A DNA stretch of 32,000 nucleotides from Candidatus Scalindua sp. (GTDB lineage Bacteria; Planctomycetota; Brocadiia; Brocadiales; Scalinduaceae), in the NCBI GenBank assembly GCA_031316235.1, contig JALDRA010000001.1:990001-1022000 (forward strand). The letters run 5' to 3'. The notes beneath the pieces are model-generated. The model was not told the origin of the DNA. It did not search any database and worked only from the letters and a program-made list of their open reading frames with translations. Position 1 is the stretch's first letter. The number at the start of each line of letters is the position of its first letter. A program made the position numbers and the translations under genes. Below are positions 1-6,827 of this stretch, one piece after another.

Positions 1-918
1 GAAAAAGCTTTTGTCGGCAAAGATATTATTCATGCTCAAGTATGGAAGAAAAATGATGACCGCATGGTCTATCACATGATTTACCGGGACGGCAGAGATG
101 GTGACAGCTTTGTCAAACGTTTTGCGGTCACCTCCGTCACCTACGACAAATCCTATGATCTTACCATGGGCACAAAGGGATCAAAGGTCATCTATTTCAG
201 TACTCATCCAAACAGTGAATCGGAAGTGGTCGCTGTATCACTGAGTGCGGGATGTTCCGCCCGCAAAACACTATTTGATTTCGATTTTTCCGATCTTGCC
301 GTCAAAGGACGTTCTTCAAAAGGCAACAGGCTTACAAAATACCCAATACGAAAAGTAGTACATAAAAAATCAGGAATTTCCACGTTAGGCGGGCTCGACA
401 TCTGGTACGACGAGACAGTCGGCCGACTTAACAGCGATAAGCGGGGTAGATATCTGGGGAAATTTGAAGGCGAAGACCGGATCCTGGTTGCGTATAAAGA
501 TGGCACGTTAGAGCTGACGGGCTTTGAACTCACCAACCGGTATGATACAGAAAAAACTCTCTTTATCGAGAAATATACTCCAGAAGCCACCATTACTGTT
601 GTACACTTTGATGGAGAATCAAAAAAATTTTATGTGAAACGTTTTACCGTACAGGCCAATTCAATTGGCACTTCCTTGCAATTTATTGGTTCCGAAAAGG
701 GCAATTCACCTCTCTTTGTCACCACTGCCACAGATCCAAAAGCCCGAATTCACTACCTGTTTGGCCGAAAAAAAGAGAAACGCAGCGAGGTTGTTCAGCT
801 GAACACTCTTGTCGACATTAAAGGCTATAAGGCTCGAGGCAACCTCATCAGCAATTACGAAGTATTTGACGTCATACCGGTTGAAAGTGAGAAACCGGAA
901 ACCATACTCATCTCATAA
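1..918 (+). CDS. DNA topoisomerase IV / gyrase subunit A family, C-terminal domain (5' end cut by window edge)
   Basis: The frame is open from nt 1 (EKAFVGKDIIHAQVWKKNDDR precedes the first Met at 64). Segments such as FVKRFAVTSVTYDKSYDLTMG and VKGRSSKGNRLTKYPIRKV resemble ParC/GyrA C-terminal domains as I remember them. The assignment is by recollection, not by search. The last codons and the TAA stop lie inside repeat copy A. Confidence 0.5.
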   Translation, partial: EKAFVGKDIIHAQVWKKNDDRMVYHMIYRDGRDGDSFVKRFAVTSVTYDKSYDLTMGTKGSKVIYFSTHPNSESEVVAVSLSAGCSARKTLFDFDFSDLAVKGRSSKGNRLTKYPIRKVVHKKSGISTLGGLDIWYDETVGRLNSDKRGRYLGKFEGEDRILVAYKDGTLELTGFELTNRYDTEKTLFIEKYTPEATITVVHFDGESKKFYVKRFTVQANSIGTSLQFIGSEKGNSPLFVTTATDPKARIHYLFGRKKEKRSEVVQLNTLVDIKGYKARGNLISNYEVFDVIPVESEKPETILIS

Positions 919-1043
919 TGGTTTTCGGATAAAATCCGAGAGAAAATTGAGCGAGTACAAGTCCTCGGCGCTTTTTGTCCGGGGATACCTTCACCAGGAT
1001 CTGGTTTCCGGTAAAACCGAAAACCAGATCGGTTTTAGTATAT
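904..1043 (+). repeat. Dispersed structured intergenic repeat, copy A (full length)
   Basis: Matches the family consensus TATACTCATCTCATACTGGATTTCGGATAAAATCCGrGAtAAATTGAGCGAGTAAAGTCCTCGGCGCTTTTTGTCCGGGGATACCTTCACCAGGATCTGGTTTCCGGTAAAACCGAAAACCAGATCGGTTTTAGTATAT. The 3' hairpin is at 998-1030 (GATCTGGTTT...AAACCAGATC). Confidence 0.85.
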
Positions 1044-1108
1044 CATTACTGGGCAGGAAGATCCTGAACAGCTTCAGCTGTTTGACAAAGAAGAGCAAAA
1101 ATAGACGT

Positions 1109-2026
1109 ATGAAACAACTTTTCGATAAATACGCATATATATTTACAGAATTTGCAGTTCTGGAAAGGCTGAGAAGGTCAGAGAATGTCTGCCTGCATCC
1201 GAGTCTTGAACACTCACTGCTCATTTACGATGAAATGGGGAGAAAAGAGATATCGTTGATTTATGATGAATACTTCGCATTACAGAGGAATACAAAAGTT
1301 CCCTTTATAATTTTCACCCCGACATGGCGGGCAAATAAGGAGAGAGTTGAATCCTTACCAATCCACAGAAATATAAATGCCGATGCCGTAACGTTTATGA
1401 AAGAGATAAGAGAGAAACATGCCTGTGAGTCCGAAAAAATCGTGATCGGTGGTTTGATCGGCTGCAAAAATGACTGTTATAAACCTGACGAAGCATTATC
1501 TATCAAGGAATCTGTCCTGTTTCACACATGGCAGATAGACAAACTCATACAGGGAGGAGTGGATTTTATTTTCGCTGCTTCACTTCCTGCCGTATCTGAG
1601 GCAGAGGGTATTGCGCAAATCATGTCGACCGTAACCATGCCATATATACTGAGTTTTGTAATTGACAGAAAAGGTCACCTGATGGATGGAACACCACTGC
1701 ATGAAGCTTTTAAGACCATTGACACATCCTGTATAAAGCCTCCCCTTGGGTTTATGATAAATTGTTCACACCCTGCTTTTTTCAAACCAGAAAGAGAGAC
1801 AAATTATGTCCTCTCAAGATTAATCGGTTACCAGGCAAACGCCTCGGACAGAGACCATGCAACCCTCGATGGTTCAGCAGACACTCAAGTAAGTGACATA
1901 TCAGATTGGGGTGAGAAGATGATAGCCCTTAACAGAGACTATAGCATAACCATACTTGGCGGCTGTTGCGGAACCAATGGAGAGCACCTCAGGTATCTGG
2001 CAGAAAACATTGACCGACTTCCGTAG
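1109..2026 (+). CDS. Homocysteine S-methyltransferase family protein
   Basis: The C-terminal ILGGCCGTNGEH motif (GGCCG zinc-ligand signature of the S-methyl_trans family) plus the upstream Cys in GLIGCKNDCY. The start is moved to ATG 1109 (MKQLFDKY...) because the 809-1108 part of the tracked ORF reads through repeat copy A. Confidence 0.8.
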   Translation: MKQLFDKYAYIFTEFAVLERLRRSENVCLHPSLEHSLLIYDEMGRKEISLIYDEYFALQRNTKVPFIIFTPTWRANKERVESLPIHRNINADAVTFMKEIREKHACESEKIVIGGLIGCKNDCYKPDEALSIKESVLFHTWQIDKLIQGGVDFIFAASLPAVSEAEGIAQIMSTVTMPYILSFVIDRKGHLMDGTPLHEAFKTIDTSCIKPPLGFMINCSHPAFFKPERETNYVLSRLIGYQANASDRDHATLDGSADTQVSDISDWGEKMIALNRDYSITILGGCCGTNGEHLRYLAENIDRLP

Positions 2027-2052
2027 GGGCAGATACATGGGTCTGCCCCTAC
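2023..2052. repeat. Palindromic GTAGGGGC hairpin (REP-like)
   Basis: GTAGGGGCAGA-tacatggg-TCTGCCCCTAC is a perfect 11-bp stem that includes the TAG stop codon of the upstream gene. No T-run follows, so it is not a classical intrinsic terminator. Confidence 0.7.
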
Positions 2053-2206
2053 AGAGGGCCATACAATGGTCTTCAGTATGTTGTACCGACATACCCGTCA
2101 AACAAATTTTTGCCAACAGGAATGACTATGCTATCAGTTCAATGTTTCCAACAAATATTTTGAAAGGAGACATAATTGGCAAACTTAAAAGTCTCAATCC
2201 CTTTTT

Positions 2207-2240
2207 GTAGGGGCAAACCTTTGGGTTTGCCGCCTTCCCT
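2207..2240. repeat. Degenerate second GTAGGGGC hairpin
   Basis: In GTAGGGGCAAACC-tttg-GGTTTGCCGCCTTCCC the 8-bp stem GGCAAACC/GGTTTGCC is intact. The outer GTAGGGG/CCCCTAC arms have decayed. Confidence 0.55.
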
Positions 2241-2253
2241 GTGTACGCCCGCA

Positions 2254-2403
2254 TTAGAATAATATATCTTTCTGAAGGACATCAGAGAGTATTTCATAAT
2301 TCAGCTTTTCATAATCGTGTGCGATCACATTACGGCATCCTGTCATTTTTATCATTTGTTCAGCCATATCTGATGCTATAATCTCCTCTTCATGAAGGAT
2401 ATA
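2254..2403 (-). pseudogene. HepT / DUF86 (HEPN) toxin remnant, C-terminal third only
   Basis: The minus-strand frame reads YILHEEEIIASDMAEQMIKMTGCRNVIAHDYEKLNYEILSDVLQKDILF*. It contains the HEPN R-x4-H-x-Y motif (RNVIAHDY) in the position typical of HepT C-termini. The frame is closed upstream by a TAG that belongs to the adjacent repeat fragment. No N-terminal half and no MntA partner are recognisable. Confidence 0.55.
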
Positions 2404-2428
2404 CTAAAACCGATTTGGTTTCCGGTAA
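2398..2428 (-). repeat. Dispersed repeat, 3'-terminal fragment only
   Basis: The reverse complement, CGGAAACCAAATCGGTTTTAGTATATCC, matches the last ~30 nt of the family consensus. It abuts the truncated HepT remnant. Confidence 0.6.
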
Positions 2429-2606
2429 TCTGAACGTAAAACGTGTTATTGCCGGAGAAAAAGCGGTTACCGATACTGTTGAAGCCCTTAAAAAAGCAGT
2501 TACTTCTGAAGGTACGGCATCAGAAGCCATACTTTTTTTCTCGTACTGTTTGAATAGTTCCCATCATCAACATACCATATTTTTAATCTGTCTCCCGGTA
2601 GTTGTA

Positions 2607-3158
2607 TCATTGAGTGGCAGGAGGCGAATAAATCTTCTCCGGAGTTTGCGGGGCATGCAGAAAAAACCTGCTTCCGTCCCTGCTGTCCGGATGCAGATCA
2701 AGTTCACCTTTATATTCGTATGAAAGCCTGCGTATCCGGTTTGACAATTTTGCCTTGCCAGCCAGGCGATAACTCACTTTCTCAATACCTCCTGAGATCA
2801 ATTCCTGGAACTGGCTGAGGATCCCCGTCAGATCGCTGGTGGCTTCTATTTCAACAACTTCCTCTCCGAATTCCGGGATTATGACCGATTTGCTGCTTAC
2901 ACCGTTTGCAAATTCTTTCCCGTTTACAAAAATAGAGTAGCTCATGCCTTTAATGGGAATAGAAACGTCGTTGGGATTCTTAATACGCAACAGAATACGA
3001 TAACGCTGCTCAAACACCCCCATAGTTACCAGCTCAATGTTTGAAAGACTTATGTACGGAGACTCAGAAATCCTCCCTGTCGAAGCACAGCCAGCAAACA
3101 CTGATACAACCAGAACAGCTAAAGACCATTTTTTTATCTTCTCTGTATAAGGAATCAT
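2607..3158 (-). CDS. LEA_2 (Lea14/WHy-like) lipoprotein
   Basis: Signal peptide with lipobox (LAVLVVSVFAGCAS). The body (ISLSNIELVTMGVFEQRYRILLRIKNPNDVSIPIKGMSYSIFVNGKEFANG) looks like the late-embryogenesis-abundant type 2 / water-stress fold. Confidence 0.6.
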   Translation of the reverse strand: MIPYTEKIKKWSLAVLVVSVFAGCASTGRISESPYISLSNIELVTMGVFEQRYRILLRIKNPNDVSIPIKGMSYSIFVNGKEFANGVSSKSVIIPEFGEEVVEIEATSDLTGILSQFQELISGGIEKVSYRLAGKAKLSNRIRRLSYEYKGELDLHPDSRDGSRFFLHAPQTPEKIYSPPATQ

Positions 3159-3190
3159 GATATTTTATACTATTTTGATACGGTGTTTCT

Positions 3191-4720
3191 TTAAGTAAAT
3201 TGCTTTATGGCAATTTCTTTTAACTGTTTATAGTCTAATTTCCCTGTTGGAAGGAGAGGAATAGCATCAATGGATACATAATGGTCCGGTTGGGAGAGGT
3301 TCGGCATTCCAAGCTTATCGAGCCTTTTGTTGATTGTCAGTTTGTCCGGGTCTGTTTCCGTGACAAATGCAACAAGTTGTTCGCCCTTCTGGGGGTGGGG
3401 AATATTTATGATTGCACATCTTCTCTTTTCATCATTACTGTTTTCACCGAGGACCATGGATAATTTGTCTTCGACTGGAGAGAGAGGAATCATCTCTCCG
3501 CCAATTTTGGCAAACCGCTTCAGACGATCAGTAATAAAGAGAAATCCGTTTACAAGTCTGCCGATATCACCCGTTATATAAAAACCATCATGAAAGGCTT
3601 TCCCGGTTAATTCAGGCGATTTGTAGTATCCCTTCATAACGTTTGGTCCCTTAATGAGAATCAAGCCCTCTTCATTTTGAGGTAGTTCCCGGTAGGTTTC
3701 CGTGTCGACGATTTTGCATGCAATACCGGGTAATAGTTTTCCGACACTTCCGTGACAAAAATCTTTTGGTTTGTTTGCAGTTATACATGAGGTGCTTTCG
3801 GTCACTCCGTAACCTTCAAGGATAGTTATATCCAGTTTTTCGTAGAAACTCTTTCTCACCGTTTCGTGTAGTTTTTCTGCGCCGGCAAATGCCAGACGGA
3901 CACTGGAAATCTGGTCCCTCTTCCATTTTTTCATGAAACCACGGTACAGCGTACTGGTTCCTATGAGTATTGTCACCCGGTACTTCTGAACAATCTTGCC
4001 CAGTCTTTCATAATCAGTTGGATTCGGGTGAAAAACAACGCCAATTCCAATGAGTAACGGCATCCACAGGCAAACAGCAAAACCAAAGACATGAAAGAAT
4101 GGTAATGTACCAAGGATCTTTTCTCCTGGAACAGGCTCAAAGACCGTCTTATAATTTTGAATGCATGTGTAAATATTACGATTTGTCAGAAGCACTCCCT
4201 TCGGGTAAGATTCGGATCCCGATGTAAAGAGGATTACGGCTGTTTTGTCAGGGGTATCATGTTCTTCATATTTTTGAATGATCGAGCCGGCAGACGTAAG
4301 CTTACAGGAAAAATAGGTGAACATTTTTTCTATCTTTGATGTCCTGTCCTTAATGTCTTCAATAAAAACCATTCTTGGATCTTCAGGAATTTCTGCCCTT
4401 TGAATAAATATTCTGGAGGTAAAGATAGTATTTATTTCACAGGTCTCCAGGACCCAATCCTGCTCATTTTTCCCTGCAAGAAAATTGAGCCCAACGGGTA
4501 TCTTACCGGCAAAGGTTGTAGCAGCAAAGGCCAACGCACCTCCAACAGACGCCGGAAACAAGAGGGCAATATTCTCACCCTGAAATTTACGGATTTGTTT
4601 TGAGAGAAGAATGCAGGCAGTAAGCGTCTGCCCAAAGGTCAGCGACATCCCTGTTGAGTCTTCAAACACTACTTTATTGAAATTCTTTTTTGCTGTGGTG
4701 ATAAATTCTTTTAGTATCAT
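3191..4720 (-). CDS. AMP-dependent acyl-(ACP/CoA) synthetase (adenylate-forming enzyme, Aas/FadD-like)
   Basis: Adenylate-forming core motifs are present: ILFTSGSESYPKGV (A3), EGYGVTES (A5) and FYITGDIG (A7). Confidence 0.85.
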   Translation of the reverse strand: MILKEFITTAKKNFNKVVFEDSTGMSLTFGQTLTACILLSKQIRKFQGENIALLFPASVGGALAFAATTFAGKIPVGLNFLAGKNEQDWVLETCEINTIFTSRIFIQRAEIPEDPRMVFIEDIKDRTSKIEKMFTYFSCKLTSAGSIIQKYEEHDTPDKTAVILFTSGSESYPKGVLLTNRNIYTCIQNYKTVFEPVPGEKILGTLPFFHVFGFAVCLWMPLLIGIGVVFHPNPTDYERLGKIVQKYRVTILIGTSTLYRGFMKKWKRDQISSVRLAFAGAEKLHETVRKSFYEKLDITILEGYGVTESTSCITANKPKDFCHGSVGKLLPGIACKIVDTETYRELPQNEEGLILIKGPNVMKGYYKSPELTGKAFHDGFYITGDIGRLVNGFLFITDRLKRFAKIGGEMIPLSPVEDKLSMVLGENSNDEKRRCAIINIPHPQKGEQLVAFVTETDPDKLTINKRLDKLGMPNLSQPDHYVSIDAIPLLPTGKLDYKQLKEIAIKQFT

Positions 4721-4843
4721 ACGCTCTCCCCGGTTGAGTCAGCAGACGATTTGTAACCGTTAAATCAGCCGACTACAACAATCCCTGAATGTAGCTTCCC
4801 AATTTATACTCATCTCATTCATGGTGAGGTCCCGACCTTACCA

Positions 4844-5965
4844 TCAGTCTCTTCGTGGCAGAGGAGGAAGGCCGGACCTGGTTTTTTCTACTTCCTTACT
4901 GATCACCTTCTTTTTCACCTTTGCAGGAGATGTTTTTCTCTTTTGCTGATAGCCGGTTTTTTTCCCCTTTGCCCTATCAAGAAGTTCTCGTTTTTTTTCT
5001 CTATAGTCCCTGTCGTTTATTAAAGCGTCATGTCGCATTTCGTTCAATTCATTGAGTTTTTTTGCAACATCTATCTTCTCTTTCTTTCCCTCGAAATAAT
5101 CCTTATCCAGCAGGTAAGTATTATGTGTCTCGATTCCCAACCTGACAAGACACTCCTCTGAGACTATGTCTACAACCTTTTCAAGCTCTTTTTTAAGAAC
5201 GGTAACATCCCCATAAACCGTATCAACAAAATCTGATGTATTCATTTCTATCTTACTCTTTGCTTCAATAAAATCTTCCCATAAGACCGTTCCATCTGCA
5301 ACTTTCGTCATCTTCGCTCCTATCTTAAGGATAGCGTGTGGGTCTGAAAAAATTCCCGGATCTTTTATCCCGTAGGATAACACGTCTATTTCAAGTACGG
5401 TGTCTGTTCCCAATTCTGATCCTATCGTTCGATAGTCAGCCAATTCCTTAATCTCTTTTTCCAGTAACTTCCACACCACTTTGTTTTTTGTAATGCCCTC
5501 TTGCGGTACAACATCAAAATTGGAACACAGCTGAATCTTGGTATTAAGTTTTTTACAAAAAACCTGTCCAATGTTCACATCAAAGATCATTTCATTAAAA
5601 ATCATGCGATCTTCATGTTTCTCAGATAAAAAAGCCAGGCGCAGCATAAGCTGGGGGATAATCGCGGGGCCGGTCAGGAGTGTAGTAAGAAACTGTTCAT
5701 CAGCTCTTATATTTACGGTCATCTCCGGCAAATGAGCAGGATACAGGATAGCAAGATCATGTATATTTTTAGAATTTTCTTTTCTGTATGATTTCTGGTG
5801 AGTACCGGTTGTCTCGCATCCCGAAGCTATGAGTAAAGATACCGTCACCATGAAAAACAGCGATTCCAAGCGACCAAATTTTCTCTTCCCCGCATCCGGA
5901 CATCGGCCTGCAGAGCTATCTCTGTTTTCAAAAAAAAAATCATCTCCTGCTTCTCTGTTTCTCAT
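4844..5965 (-). CDS. Hypothetical lipoprotein with a C-terminal SHOCT-like motif and a basic tail
   Basis: Lipobox LLIASGCETT. The C-terminal KLNELNEMRHDALINDRDYREKKRELLD fits the SHOCT pattern (L..L...G.I...EY..KK..LL). The central domain is unrecognised. There is a 14-nt gap to the upstream PDZ gene. The exact start is uncertain. Confidence 0.5.
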   Translation of the reverse strand: MRNREAGDDFFFENRDSSAGRCPDAGKRKFGRLESLFFMVTVSLLIASGCETTGTHQKSYRKENSKNIHDLAILYPAHLPEMTVNIRADEQFLTTLLTGPAIIPQLMLRLAFLSEKHEDRMIFNEMIFDVNIGQVFCKKLNTKIQLCSNFDVVPQEGITKNKVVWKLLEKEIKELADYRTIGSELGTDTVLEIDVLSYGIKDPGIFSDPHAILKIGAKMTKVADGTVLWEDFIEAKSKIEMNTSDFVDTVYGDVTVLKKELEKVVDIVSEECLVRLGIETHNTYLLDKDYFEGKKEKIDVAKKLNELNEMRHDALINDRDYREKKRELLDRAKGKKTGYQQKRKTSPAKVKKKVISKEVEKTRSGLPPLPRRD

Positions 5966-5979
5966 CGTAAAATTACTCC

Positions 5980-6750
5980 CTACGAGGAAGTGGCTGCTTC
6001 AGGATTTATTCTCGCAAGTTCTTTCTCTATCTCCTGAAGATTAGACAGAATGAGTTTCAGATGCTCCTCTTTCTGAGTTTTCTTGAATAAACCTGTATAA
6101 AGCCTAAGAGAATTTTTATATTTTTTTATACTATCTTCCTTCATATTCCTATTCAGGTAGAGGTTACCAAGCTTATGACAAGCTTCCGCAATCAGGAGAA
6201 CCGTATCAATTGAGTCTGGTTGGTAATGAAGTCCATAGTAAAGATAGGTAATGGCTTCGTTGTAATGTCTCTCCTTTAAATTAAAAGTTGCTCCACTTTC
6301 AGAGGCAATTAAAGATCTCTTTCCCTTGCTGAACCAATAGTCATATGGTTTTCCCTTTGCGTCACGCGGAGCACCTGCGGGTTTTGCCACCTTCTCTTTC
6401 CAAGATTGATAGACAGGAATACTATAGACCTTGATCACGGCTTCATACTTAATTCCCTCCCTTAAAATGGTCAAATACGCCTCAACCTTTTCCTTTTTTA
6501 TCTTTCGGGAAATCTCCACGTAATCTTCAAGTTTGGTAATATTTTTCCCCTCTACTTCAAGTACTACATCACCCACCCTCAGACCTGCGTTGTAAACAGG
6601 ACTCTCATTCTGCACACCTACAACCATCAAGCCATTGCTTCTCTCAGACAGGATAAGACCTGAAAAGAGCGACTGCGCAAAGAGAGTTGAAGCACCGGTC
6701 CCGATGGATAGTATTACTATGATAATAACAAAGAGCAGCCGTTCTTTCAT
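5980..6750 (-). CDS. Secreted PDZ-domain protein with a helical (TPR-like) C-terminus
   Basis: N-terminal signal peptide (LLFVIIIVILSIGTGASTLFAQS) and a PDZ core (GLRVGDVVLEVEGKNITKLEDY). Confidence 0.65.
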   Translation of the reverse strand: MKERLLFVIIIVILSIGTGASTLFAQSLFSGLILSERSNGLMVVGVQNESPVYNAGLRVGDVVLEVEGKNITKLEDYVEISRKIKKEKVEAYLTILREGIKYEAVIKVYSIPVYQSWKEKVAKPAGAPRDAKGKPYDYWFSKGKRSLIASESGATFNLKERHYNEAITYLYYGLHYQPDSIDTVLLIAEACHKLGNLYLNRNMKEDSIKKYKNSLRLYTGLFKKTQKEEHLKLILSNLQEIEKELARINPEAATSS

Positions 6751-6827
6751 GATTTCTATGAGATCTCCTTAAGTTGTAAAGGACGCAAAATGAGAGAAGA
6801 ATAAAAAAGTCTTTTGATCATTACCTA

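Noticed and set aside
809-1108. N-terminal 100-aa extension of the methyltransferase ORF
   Set aside because: It overlaps the upstream CDS in another frame and then reads straight through repeat copy A. The same pseudo-peptide (HQDLVSGKTENQIGFSIS) appears wherever the repeat occurs. The ATG at 1109 gives a normal family N-terminus.
2415-2723. 102-aa plus-strand ORF
   Set aside because: It starts inside the repeat fragment, overlaps the 3' end of the LEA_2 gene in antisense and has no motif. Minus-strand frames of 2430-2606 were also checked for the missing HepT N-terminus or an MntA remnant, and none was recognisable.
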